Source: Terriglobia bacterium
GTDB lineage: Bacteria > Acidobacteriota > Terriglobia > 20CM-2-55-15
DNA length: 64,000 nucleotides
NCBI GenBank assembly: GCA_965198225.1
Contig: CBDAOY010000009.1
Span: 544,001-608,000, forward strand
Direction of reading: 5' to 3'
Part shown: piece by piece, positions 1 to 8,987 of the stretch
Layout of the letters: each line of letters starts with the position of its first letter
Position numbering within the stretch: the first letter of the stretch is position 1
The notes under the pieces: model-generated
Seen by the model: only the letters and a program-made list of their open reading frames with translations
Database searches by the model: none
Told to the model about the DNA's origin: nothing
Made by a program: the position numbers and the translations under genes

Positions 1-681
1 ATGCTGGCCTACGACTCCACCATCTCTACCGTTACGGCCGACACTTCCGGTACGGGCGGTTTCGTGGCGGCCAAGATCGGCCCGGTGGATGTCGGCAAAG
101 CCGCGACCGCGGGAACGATATTTGCCCGCCAGGAGATTCGGGACAAGTACATTCCCGATTACCTGAACAAGCTGGACCAGCTTGCATACGATGTCGCTCA
201 GCAGGTCAACGTGATTCATTCCGTCGGCTACGACCGCAGCGGCAACACCGGTGTCAACTTCTTCGACCCGTTGGCCTCCTCCGCGGATGCGGCCCGGCTG
301 ATCAAAGTGAACTCGGCGATCACGGCGGACTTGACCAAGATCGCGACCGCCAAGCAGTCGGCCGGAAACGACAATGAAGCGACGACCGACATCGGGAATC
401 TGCTTCACAAGAAGGTCTTTACCGGCGGATCTGTAATCGATCAGTACCGAGCCCTTGTCTTCACTCTCGGTAACGACACGAGCCGGGCCGAGGACCAGCT
501 GAACGAGCACACCGCGCTGCTGCACCAACTCGAGAATAGGTGGGATTCGATTTCGGCCGTGTCGGTCGACGAAGAGACGATGAAGATCCTGCAGTTCCAG
601 CGCTCCTACCAGGCGTCGGCGACGGTGATCCGCATCGTCGATGAACTGCTGCAGACGATAATGAGTCTTGGAGCGAGATGA
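1..681 (+). CDS. flgK: Flagellar hook-associated protein 1, C-terminal part (gene starts before the window)
   Basis: C-terminal SAVSVDEETMKILQFQRSYQASATVI motif; overlaps the flgL start (ATGA). Confidence 0.93.
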   Translation: MLAYDSTISTVTADTSGTGGFVAAKIGPVDVGKAATAGTIFARQEIRDKYIPDYLNKLDQLAYDVAQQVNVIHSVGYDRSGNTGVNFFDPLASSADAARLIKVNSAITADLTKIATAKQSAGNDNEATTDIGNLLHKKVFTGGSVIDQYRALVFTLGNDTSRAEDQLNEHTALLHQLENRWDSISAVSVDEETMKILQFQRSYQASATVIRIVDELLQTIMSLGAR

Positions 682-1559
682 GGGTTACCGAATCCATGGC
701 CCTGCGTGACTTCATACGCGACATCTCGGGTGCCCGCGACGCGATGCTCGACGCTCAGAACAGGGTCTCGTCGGGCCGCAGAATTCACAGGCCGTCGGAT
801 GACCCGAAGGACATGTCCGACATCGTGCGCCTGCACGCCGACAAGATCGAAGAGGAGCAGTACAAGCGCAACCTGGAGTTCGGTCGTTCGCGATTGGAGT
901 TCACCGATACCGCTCTGGAAGGCCTTCAGAACATGGTCGAGCGGGTGCGGTTCCTGGCGTTGTCAGCAATCGGCAGCTCGTCGACGGGGGACAACTTCAG
1001 CACGGAAGTTGAGGGTTTGCGGGACCAGATTCTCGGAACCGTCAACACCGCGTTCCAGGGTCGGTTCATCTTCGGCGGTAGTGTCACCGACAAGATTCCG
1101 TTCGATAAGGACGCGGTAACCAGCGTCGTGACCTACAAAGGAAACTCTGATGACGTAAAGCTCCAGGTAGGGCGCGCGTCGAAGCTCGAGACACAGATCG
1201 CCGGCGATGATCTCTTCGGTACCGGCAATGACGTGTTCAAGGCGATCAGCGACCTGGCGACCGCCATGAAGTCGGGCGTCAAAAGCGACATCGACGCAAA
1301 GCTGAAGCCGGTCGTGAGCGCCTGGGAAGGCCTTTCGGTGAGTCGAAGCCGTGTAGGAAACTTCATTAACGTTGCAGATTCGATTTCCAATGAAATGGGC
1401 GCGCTTTCTCTCGCCCGCGAGACGAACCTGGTGGACCTGGAGTCGGCCGATCTCACCGAGACGCTGACGGAATTCCAGTCTTACCAATCGGCTCTACAAT
1501 CCACCCTGGCCGTCGGAGCCAGGATTTCGCAGCTATCGCTGCTTGACTATCTGAGGTAG
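678..1559 (+). CDS. flgL: Flagellar hook-associated protein 3
   Basis: MRVT..SSGRRIHRPSDDP N-terminus and QLSLLDYLR C-terminus; follows flgK. Confidence 0.93.
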   Translation: MRVTESMALRDFIRDISGARDAMLDAQNRVSSGRRIHRPSDDPKDMSDIVRLHADKIEEEQYKRNLEFGRSRLEFTDTALEGLQNMVERVRFLALSAIGSSSTGDNFSTEVEGLRDQILGTVNTAFQGRFIFGGSVTDKIPFDKDAVTSVVTYKGNSDDVKLQVGRASKLETQIAGDDLFGTGNDVFKAISDLATAMKSGVKSDIDAKLKPVVSAWEGLSVSRSRVGNFINVADSISNEMGALSLARETNLVDLESADLTETLTEFQSYQSALQSTLAVGARISQLSLLDYLR

Positions 1560-1565
1560 GAAACC

Positions 1566-1994
1566 ATGAAAGTAGTTGAGTCTCTTGACCGTAGTAGCCA
1601 GTCGGATGTTCAGGGTCAGGAAACCATCATCCACTTCGAAGAGGGGTTGATTGGTTTTTCAGACTTTAAGAACTTTAACCTGTTGGAAAACAACTACCTG
1701 GCGCCGTTCCGGCTGCTCCGGGCCGTCAATTCTTCCGAGGTCGGATTCCTGGTCATCGATCCTTCGACGCGGATTCCGGACTACTGCCAGTTGATACCCG
1801 CGAGGGAATGGGAATCGATCGGCGTGACCAACCCGGCCGACCGCCTGGCCTTCGTGACGGTTGTTCTGGGTCCGACAGCCGAGGAGAGCACCGGTAATTT
1901 CCAGGCGCCCCTGCTGATCAACCACAACGAGATGATCGGGAAGCAGGTGATTCTGACTGACTCCGGTTTCTCGGTTCGGCAGCCGTTGCTGTAG
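1566..1994 (+). CDS. fliW: Flagellar assembly factor FliW (CsrA antagonist)
   Basis: IHFEEGLIGF, FLVIDP and TGNFQAPLLIN..GKQVIL motifs; lies upstream of csrA. Confidence 0.93.
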   Translation: MKVVESLDRSSQSDVQGQETIIHFEEGLIGFSDFKNFNLLENNYLAPFRLLRAVNSSEVGFLVIDPSTRIPDYCQLIPAREWESIGVTNPADRLAFVTVVLGPTAEESTGNFQAPLLINHNEMIGKQVILTDSGFSVRQPLL

Positions 1995-2154
1995 TGTTGC
2001 GCCTCCTCGGGCTGATGTACCCCGAGAAGCGCAACACTCGGTGCGGTTGGCAAGATTTGCTTTGCTACCCGACGGCCTTTCGGATTATCATCTCGCGAGT
2101 TGCTAACCGAGCAGCGCTGGGAAGGCGTTGCTGGTGCTGGGTTACAGAACAAGG

Positions 2155-2409
2155 ATGCTCGTTGTCACTCGCAAAAAGGATGAACGGCTAATCATCGGGA
2201 ACGAGATTGAAATCCAGGTTCTCAGAATTGGTCGCGACAATGTCCGCCTTGGCATCAAGGCGCCGGCGCACATCTCTATCTACCGGTACGAGATCTACGA
2301 AGCGATCAAGAACGAGAACGTGTCCGCGGTAGAATCCCAGATTCCCGACAAGGATATGCTCGAGAAGATCGCAAAAGATCTTAACCCCGAACCGAAGCCC
2401 GAAGGCTAG
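2155..2409 (+). CDS. csrA: Carbon storage regulator / translational repressor CsrA
   Basis: MLVVTRKKDERLIIG..VRLGIKAP..IYRYEIY; ATG at 2155 preferred over TTG at 2128. Confidence 0.95.
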   Translation: MLVVTRKKDERLIIGNEIEIQVLRIGRDNVRLGIKAPAHISIYRYEIYEAIKNENVSAVESQIPDKDMLEKIAKDLNPEPKPEG

Positions 2410-2559
2410 TCCTTCCCTCACGGTCATCCGACCGATTGTTCGTCAAATCCCCTTGAAACGATCCACCGGCTTGGTGCGTCCATTCCCGCAGGCTGGGACA
2501 AACAGGCTCAATAAATTGTTGAGCGCAAACGGCGGTCGGACCGGGGTCGCGGGCAGTTC

Positions 2560-5058
2560 TTATTCGTAGCGGAGCGCCTGCATCGGGTCGACCCGGGAAG
2601 CCCGAAGTGCTGGGACGAAGCCCGCGCCCAGTGCGACCATCGCGAGCAGGACAGCGGCCCCCGCCAGGACCGTGAGATCGGTTCCCTCCAGTTCGAAGAG
2701 CATCGACTGTGCCAGACGGGCCAGGCCGAATGCCAATGCCAGGCCGATCGCTCCGCCGATCAGAGTCATCAGGCCGACCTGACGGAGGACCGTTCCGCGA
2801 ACCCGGCCGGGCCCGGCGCCGAGCGCCATTCGGACGCCTATTTCCCGTGTTCGCTGGGACACGGTGTAGGCGAGGACACCGTAGAGCCCAACGGCCGCCA
2901 GAACGGTCGCCAGCCCGGCGAAGGCCGACGACAGAACGCCGATGATGCGGTCGACGATGATATTGTCCCGGACCTGCTGTTCCATCGTACGCAGGTCTTC
3001 GACCGGAAGGTTCGAGTCCAGTTTGGCCACGACCGGCCGGATGGCCGGCAGCGTGGATTCCGGATCGAGTGAGCTTCGGACGTAGAAATAGATCGATCCG
3101 ATCGAATCGTCCTGGCGATAGGGCAGGAAGAACAGAGGCGGGATCTCGGCTTTTACCTCGCTGTACTTTGCGTTCCGTGCCAGTCCGACGATCTCGATGT
3201 CGAGTTCGTCGCCTTCCCCGACCCTCATCCGTTTCCCCACTGCCTCGCGTCCAAGTTCGAATTTCTGCGCGAAGCGTTCATTGACGACAACGACTTTCGG
3301 AGCGTCCCCGGCGTCGGAGGGAGTGAATTCCCGGCCCGATATGAGTGGGACCCCCAGGGTCTCGAAGTAGTCCGGGCCCACCTGGCTGTATCGTGAGCCC
3401 GTATCGGTGTCCGGCCCTGCCTCGAAGCCCTGGACTCCGACGCTGCTGCCCCAGTTGCTCCCCGCGAGCAGAGGCACCCTTGATGCGGTTACTCCTGTTA
3501 CGCCGGGTATGGCCGAAAGCTCTGCCTCCAGCCGCTCGAACAGGGCGAGAGATTGTTCAGGCGTGTAGGAATTCAACTCAGGCGAGATCCCGAACGTGAC
3601 CAGGTTGCTGGCATTCAACCCCAGATCCACGCGGCTGACATTGAACAGGCTCTTGATGAACAGCCCGGCAGATATGAGAAGTGTCATCGAAAGCGCGATC
3701 TGGGCTGTGGCCAATGCGCTGCGGAATCGAGCGGCGCCCCGGGCTCCGGACGGCTGGCCGGCTTGCCCTTTGAGAGTCGAGAGCACATCCGGCCGCGAGC
3801 TTTCGAGGGCCGGAAACAGGCCAAAGAGGATCCCGGTCCCTAGCGTCAACGCCACGGCGAAAGCCAGCGCCGTAGGATCGAGGACGAATGCGATCGAGTT
3901 CGCCTCTTCGGGCGGCAGCAGGGATATGATCAGATCGAGCGTCCAGCGGGCCACCAGAAGGCCCGCCAGCCCGCCGAACGCGGCCAGCAGGCACGACTCG
4001 ATGAGCAACTGGGTGACGAGCTGGGGCCGGCTGGCCCCGATCGACAGGCGCACCGCCATCTCGCCCGACCGTGCAGCGGAGCGCGCCAGCAGGAGGTTGG
4101 CGACGTTCGCACACGCGATGAGGAGCACAAAAATAGTTACTCCCAACAGGAGAAGCAACGGTGCTCGCGCGTCGCCGTGGAACGAGCTCTGGCCTCGTCG
4201 TCGCGATTCAAGCCGGATCTCTCTGGCCCTGAACCGCTCCATGGTCTGTTCGCTCATGCCACCCTGGAGAGGCGCTTCCACGTCGTTGATGATGCCGCTG
4301 TAGATCACGTTTGTCGCCGTATGCGCCTGCTCGATCGAAACGCCTGGCTGAAGACGCGCAAAGAGGTAGGCCCAGTAGTTGCGCCGGTTGTCGAAAGCGT
4401 CGAACCCCGGCTGCATGAGAGCACGCATCGTGATAGGGACGAAGACCTGGGGCTTGGAGGCCATCGTCGTCCCATCGAATCCCTGCGGTGCGACGCCGAT
4501 GACGGTCATCGGCTGACCATTGACGATTAGCGTCGCTCCCACGGCGGTGGAACTCGCTTCGAATCGGTCGCGCCAGTAGGCATGGCTCAGGACGACCACC
4601 GCCGATTCACCGACGCTCGCGTCGTCCAGTGGCGAGATCAGCCGGCCCAGGGCCGGCGTCAGACCAAGAACCGGGAAGTATCCGCCCGAAACCAGCAGGC
4701 CGCGGCCGCTCATCGTCTGTCCGCGGTGAGCGAGATTTGCCCCGAATGACCGATGCGCCGCGATTTCGGAAAATACCGACTGGTCCAGTTCCTGAAGGTC
4801 GCGAAACATCGGGTAGCTGAAGACAGCGTCGCAGCCTCCCGCGTTGTTACACGACTGGGAGCCGGGCTTCGGCCCCGGCGCCGCGAGGTTTACCAGATCC
4901 TCCGGCGCTTCGACGGGTAGGGAGCGGATGATTATCTGGTTGAAGAGCGAAAAAATGGCCACGTTGGCCCCGATTCCCAGGGCGAGCGATGCGATAGCCA
5001 CGCCGGTCACGGAGGGAACCTGCAACAAGGTCCTGAACGCGTGTCGAAGTCTGATCAC
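2560..5058 (-). CDS. ABC permease of MacB/FtsX type, acidobacterial duplicated orphan permease (ADOP)-like
   Basis: LALGIGANVAIFS, LLIACANVANLLLAR, SQRTREIGVRMALGA and RASRVDPMQALRYE motifs; no ATPase adjacent. Confidence 0.9.
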   Translation of the reverse strand: MIRLRHAFRTLLQVPSVTGVAIASLALGIGANVAIFSLFNQIIIRSLPVEAPEDLVNLAAPGPKPGSQSCNNAGGCDAVFSYPMFRDLQELDQSVFSEIAAHRSFGANLAHRGQTMSGRGLLVSGGYFPVLGLTPALGRLISPLDDASVGESAVVVLSHAYWRDRFEASSTAVGATLIVNGQPMTVIGVAPQGFDGTTMASKPQVFVPITMRALMQPGFDAFDNRRNYWAYLFARLQPGVSIEQAHTATNVIYSGIINDVEAPLQGGMSEQTMERFRAREIRLESRRRGQSSFHGDARAPLLLLLGVTIFVLLIACANVANLLLARSAARSGEMAVRLSIGASRPQLVTQLLIESCLLAAFGGLAGLLVARWTLDLIISLLPPEEANSIAFVLDPTALAFAVALTLGTGILFGLFPALESSRPDVLSTLKGQAGQPSGARGAARFRSALATAQIALSMTLLISAGLFIKSLFNVSRVDLGLNASNLVTFGISPELNSYTPEQSLALFERLEAELSAIPGVTGVTASRVPLLAGSNWGSSVGVQGFEAGPDTDTGSRYSQVGPDYFETLGVPLISGREFTPSDAGDAPKVVVVNERFAQKFELGREAVGKRMRVGEGDELDIEIVGLARNAKYSEVKAEIPPLFFLPYRQDDSIGSIYFYVRSSLDPESTLPAIRPVVAKLDSNLPVEDLRTMEQQVRDNIIVDRIIGVLSSAFAGLATVLAAVGLYGVLAYTVSQRTREIGVRMALGAGPGRVRGTVLRQVGLMTLIGGAIGLALAFGLARLAQSMLFELEGTDLTVLAGAAVLLAMVALGAGFVPALRASRVDPMQALRYE

Positions 5059-5221
5059 TGATCACCTCGCCGGGTATTGTTGCGGTCGTCGAGCTTCCAG
5101 CCCAGAACCTGCCGCTCGAACCCGGTTGCTCGGCGCCTGATTCTAACGCTGATCGCTGATAAGTACGATTGCAGTGTCGAAAATGTTCTTTGGAGGGTCA
5201 AGCAGCCACGGGCTGCTTGTC

Positions 5222-5263
5222 AAAGAGAAGAGGGCTCGGCCTGTGCCGAGCCCTCTCTTTTTT
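5222..5263. terminator. Intrinsic terminator hairpin downstream of flagellin 1
   Basis: AGAGGGCTCGGC-ctgt-GCCGAGCCCTCT stem flanked by A-rich and T-rich tracts. Confidence 0.75.
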
Positions 5264-5356
5264 GGGTCAGTGTCCGAATACCGCGTGGGGGGGGGGGGCG
5301 AGCTTGCTTTTTCGGGCCAGGGACGGTAGTCGCCCCCCCCTGTTGAGATTCTGTTA

Positions 5357-6184
5357 TTACCGCAGCAGCTGGAGCACGGACTGCGAAGACTGGTTCGCCT
5401 GCGACAGTGCGGCCAAACCGCTCTGTGTCAGGATGTTGAACTTCGTCAACGAAGCCGCTTCCTCGGCGATGTTGGCGTCACGGATCCGAGATTCGGAAGC
5501 CCGCACGCTGACCGACATCGTCTGAGCCTGCGAGATGGCGAACGTCAGCCGGTTCATCGCCGCACCGATCCGACCCTGCACCGTACCAAGAGTACCGATG
5601 GCGGTCTGGATGGAAGTGACCGCGGTGTTGGCATTGGCCTGGTTGGTGATGTTCTGGGTGCTGATGCCCAGTCCCTGAGCATCGACAGCCGTCGTCAGCG
5701 CGAAAGAGACGTAGGTGACACTGGCGGAAGTACTCGTCTGCGTGTTGCCGACGAAGACCGACCGCGCGTTCAGGTTGGCGTTACTGGTCTCGATCCCGGC
5801 CGCCTGGGCGTTTCGGGTGATTTCCGAAAGCACCGACTGGAACTCGGAATCCAGGGTCGCCCGGGAACCGGTGAAGGTGTCCGAGGACGCCTGGCTGGCT
5901 AGAGTCAGGGCCCGATCGAGCAGCGACGCGATGTTGCTCACCGCGCCGTCTTCGATCTGGAGCTTGCTGACGGCGTCATTGGCGCTGCGGATACCGATGG
6001 TCAGACCGGTGTTGTCCAGCTTGTGCCGGTTGGCCACGGCGAGACCGGCGGCGTCGTCGGCCGCGCTGTTGATGCGCAGTCCCGAGGTCAGTCGCGACAG
6101 TGTCCGCTGCAGACCCATCTGGGTTTGGTCCAGCGTCGCCTGGGCGTTGATCGAGGAAAGGTTCGTTACAACTGAAAAGCTCAT
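5357..6184 (-). CDS. fliC: Flagellin 1 (275 aa, short type)
   Basis: RLTSGLRINSAADDAAGLAVA and SRIRDANIAEE..QANQ..VLQLLR; ATG at 6184 follows a GGAGG SD. Confidence 0.95.
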   Translation of the reverse strand: MSFSVVTNLSSINAQATLDQTQMGLQRTLSRLTSGLRINSAADDAAGLAVANRHKLDNTGLTIGIRSANDAVSKLQIEDGAVSNIASLLDRALTLASQASSDTFTGSRATLDSEFQSVLSEITRNAQAAGIETSNANLNARSVFVGNTQTSTSASVTYVSFALTTAVDAQGLGISTQNITNQANANTAVTSIQTAIGTLGTVQGRIGAAMNRLTFAISQAQTMSVSVRASESRIRDANIAEEAASLTKFNILTQSGLAALSQANQSSQSVLQLLR

Positions 6185-6210
6185 TAATCTAATCCTCCGT
6201 GAAATGTGGG

Positions 6211-6231
6211 GCCGGACCATCCTTGGCCGGC
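6211..6231 (-). promoter_or_regulatory. Putative CsrA-binding hairpin in the flagellin 1 leader
   Basis: GCCGGCCAAGGATGGTCCGGC with AGGA in the loop; a second GGA lies in the SD. Confidence 0.7.
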
Positions 6232-6280
6232 GTTCGTCCCTGAAATTACCAAACCGGGCCATCCAAGCCAGGTATCTTTG

Positions 6281-6308
6281 CTATCGGGCTTCCGTTCCGC
6301 GACCTTTA
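6281..6308 (-). promoter_or_regulatory. Sigma28 (FliA)-type promoter of flagellin 1
   Basis: TAAA-N16-CCCGATAG. Confidence 0.75.
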
Positions 6309-6675
6309 GATCTCATTCGGTGCCTTTTCCACCAACGGATCACAGGGTGCGGCATCTACCTAAGCCATTCTATCTAAACACCATGACGGCACTCACAGAG
6401 AGCCCGGCATGTATTCCAAGATTCAAGGGCGCCTCGTCCATACCGACGCCCTTCCACCCGGTCGATCGACCGGAGCTGGAGCGATGCTGGGGAGCGCGAC
6501 CTGACCCCACCATCGCTCATACTGTGTCGTTACCCAGCTGTCGCGACATCCCTGTTTTCGCTGCCTTCTCGCTATCGAGGAGCACCTCCAGGACATCGCT
6601 CCGGAAGTCCAGTGCCGTTGCGCTCTCGGCGCGCGTCTCGCTATAGCTGAGACACGACACTAGGACGGCGGTTTA

Positions 6676-7503
6676 TTACCGGAGAAGCTGGAGAACCGCC
6701 TGCGACGACTGGTTCGCCTGAGACAGTGCGGCCAGACCGCTCTGGGTCAGGATGTTGAACTTCGTCAACGCTGCCGCTTCCTCGGCGATGTTCGCGTCGC
6801 GGATTCGAGATTCGGACGCCTGTACGCTCACCGCCATCGTCTGTGCCTGCGAGATCGCGAAACCCAGCCGATTCATGGCGGCTCCGATCCGGCCCTGGAC
6901 GGTGCCGAGAGTCGAGATAGCGGTCTGGATGCTCGAGATCGCCGTCGCGGCATTGGCCTGGGTCGTGATGTTCTGGGTGCTGATACCGAGCCCCTGAGCA
7001 TCCGCGGCCGAGGTCAGCGCGAACGACACGTACGTCACGCTCGCCGACGTGCTGGTCTGCGTGTTGCCGACAAAGACCGACCGCGCGTTCAGGTTGACGT
7101 TACCCGTCTCGATACCGGCCGCCTGGGCGTTTCGGGTGATTTCCGAAAGCACAGACTGGAACTCGGAATCCAGGGTCGTCCGGGAACCGGTGAAGGTGTC
7201 CGAAGCCGCCTGGCTGGCCAGAGTCAGGGCTCGGTCGAGCAACGATGCGATGTTGCTGACCGCGCCGTCTTCGATCTGGAGCTTGCTGATGGCGTCGTTG
7301 GCGCTGCGGATTCCGATACTCAGACCGGTATTGTCCAACCGGTGCCGATTGGCGACGGCCAGACCGGCGGCATCGTCGGCGGCGCTGTTGATGCGCAGGC
7401 CGGAAGTGAGCCGTCCCAGCGTCCGCTGGAGGCCCATCTGGGTACTGTCTAATGTTGCTTGGGCGTTGATAGACGAAAGGTTAGTGACTACTGAAAAACT
7501 CAT
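6676..7503 (-). CDS. fliC: Flagellin 2 (275 aa)
   Basis: Same flagellin N- and C-terminal motifs; ATG at 7503 follows GGAGG. Confidence 0.95.
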   Translation of the reverse strand: MSFSVVTNLSSINAQATLDSTQMGLQRTLGRLTSGLRINSAADDAAGLAVANRHRLDNTGLSIGIRSANDAISKLQIEDGAVSNIASLLDRALTLASQAASDTFTGSRTTLDSEFQSVLSEITRNAQAAGIETGNVNLNARSVFVGNTQTSTSASVTYVSFALTSAADAQGLGISTQNITTQANAATAISSIQTAISTLGTVQGRIGAAMNRLGFAISQAQTMAVSVQASESRIRDANIAEEAAALTKFNILTQSGLAALSQANQSSQAVLQLLR

Positions 7504-7529
7504 TGCGGCAATCCTCCGTGATTTAAAAA

Positions 7530-7550
7530 GCCGGACCATCCTTGGCCGGC
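7530..7550 (-). promoter_or_regulatory. Putative CsrA-binding hairpin in the flagellin 2 leader
   Basis: 21-nt hairpin identical to the one in the flagellin 1 leader. Confidence 0.7.
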
Positions 7551-7584
7551 GTGGGCTGGCGCTAGTGCACCAGCTACACTTTCT

Positions 7585-7612
7585 CTATCGGAAGGCCGGA
7601 TCCGAACCTTTA
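7585..7612 (-). promoter_or_regulatory. Sigma28-type promoter of flagellin 2
   Basis: TAAA-N16-TCCGATAG. Confidence 0.75.
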
Positions 7613-7657
7613 GCTGAAGAATGCTGAAATTCCGCGAGATTGCGCTTTTTCCCCTGT

Positions 7658-7921
7658 GTAGGTGCGGTCTATGACCGCACACGGGGATGCGAAGATGTGC
7701 GCTCGTACAAGCTGTGAACGAATTATGGGAACGGAAAATCGGGTGGCGGGGCTTTTCAAGTGTAGGCGCGGTCTATGACCGCACAACTTGTGGTCCCGCG
7801 GGCATTTGTGCGCTCATAGAGCGCACCTACACTTGAGGATCGAAGGTTCTTCGTGAAAAGCCCCGCCACCCGATTCTCCAACAAATGACATTCGTTCACA
7901 GCTTGATAGGGCGCACCTACA
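7658..7921. repeat. GTAG-type REP doublets (an outer doublet interrupted by a MITE and an inner doublet at 7762-7831)
   Basis: GTAGGTGCGGTCTATGACCGCAC and inverted GTGCGCTCATAGAGCGCACCTAC units; same family recurs at 18260-18322. Confidence 0.8.
7708..7905. mobile_element. MITE-like element (198 bp)
   Basis: 16-bp perfect terminal inverted repeat CAAGCTGTGAACGAAT/ATTCGTTCACAGCTTG; 22-bp subterminal inverted repeat (7737-7758/7854-7875); flanked by GTA/ATA. Confidence 0.7.
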
Positions 7922-8058
7922 ATGCGGAGAAATCCAGTCGAAGAAGTAGAAGGAAGGTCTGCCCGACCCTCAGGCTGTCGGAATACCTGAGGATCGGTGC
8001 AATTTTTGCCGGGACGGCAGATTTTTCAAGGGGTTTGAACGATTGGTGTGTGCGTGGC

Positions 8059-8493
8059 TCAGGCGTCGAAGTCGAACCTTGATGGAAGCCGGAGAGTGCG
8101 CTCATACTGGTTCAAAGCCTGAGCGCTAGTGTTGATTTCTTTCAGTTCAGCGCGGGTCCTCTCCCGGATCAGATCCAGTCGCCAGTGCGTTTCGGCGTCG
8201 ATTGCCACGACTTCCTTCGCCATCTGAACGATCTCATCGTTCAGCATTCGCAGTTCGTGCATCATTTCCGGCGTGACCGAAGGATCATGGCGGATCTGGC
8301 TGATCCACGTTCCCAGCGTGGCTTCGATCGCCGTCAGTTCGACCATCAGCTCCGCTCGGCGGCCCAGCAGGCTTTCCACGCCGTCGATGTTCTCGTCTTC
8401 GAGCAGCCGTAGCTGCTGCTCGGAGAGGCTGCGGAATTCTTCGAGTAAGTGTCTCTCACGTTCGAGAGTTGTCAATATTTCCACGGAATTCAT
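8059..8493 (-). CDS. FliT/FlgN-like flagellar export chaperone
   Basis: Helical coiled-coil protein of 144 aa in the fliD-fliS-X position. Confidence 0.65.
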   Translation of the reverse strand: MNSVEILTTLERERHLLEEFRSLSEQQLRLLEDENIDGVESLLGRRAELMVELTAIEATLGTWISQIRHDPSVTPEMMHELRMLNDEIVQMAKEVVAIDAETHWRLDLIRERTRAELKEINTSAQALNQYERTLRLPSRFDFDA

Positions 8494-8523
8494 CTCTGTC
8501 TCCTGATTCTTTGGTGTTCCGAT

Positions 8524-8964
8524 TTATCCGTGCAACGCCACCCGTTGGTTGGCCTGCTGGATGAGCAGCTCAGTGGGGACCGACTCCTGGTTCTCCTTCT
8601 GAGCGACTTCAGCCCAGGCTGGTCGCAGAATACCTAGCACTTTGATCGCCTCTTCCAACTTTCCGGCGTCAAACTGGCCCGATCCCTCGACGATCTGAGC
8701 GATGACGAAGCTGTACAGACGCTCCAACTCACTCGATATCTCTTCGCCGCGCTCCATGTCGAGCGAGAGATGCAGGTGCTGGACGATTGCCAGCGCGCGA
8801 TCGCACGCGGTCGATTTGCCCTCGATGTCGTTCCGCCGGATGGCCTCGACCCCCTGATGCAGGAAGCGGAGGGCACCGTCATAGAGCATCACGACCAGTT
8901 GGGTCTGGTTCGAAGTCGTGATCGATGTCTGCTTGTAAACTTCCGATTGATCCAAATAGCTCAT
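8524..8964 (-). CDS. fliS: Flagellin chaperone FliS
   Basis: LVVMLYDGALRFL, SLDMERGEEIS..LERLY and LRPAWAEV motifs. Confidence 0.95.
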   Translation of the reverse strand: MSYLDQSEVYKQTSITTSNQTQLVVMLYDGALRFLHQGVEAIRRNDIEGKSTACDRALAIVQHLHLSLDMERGEEISSELERLYSFVIAQIVEGSGQFDAGKLEEAIKVLGILRPAWAEVAQKENQESVPTELLIQQANQRVALHG

Positions 8965-8987
8965 AGTATCCTCTTGTAGTCAGTGGA

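Noticed and set aside
6184-7539. Extended N-termini of flagellins 1 and 2 given by the ORF track (starts at 6262 and 7539)
   Set aside because: The extensions run through the leader hairpin and SD; MSFSVVTN matches flagellin 3
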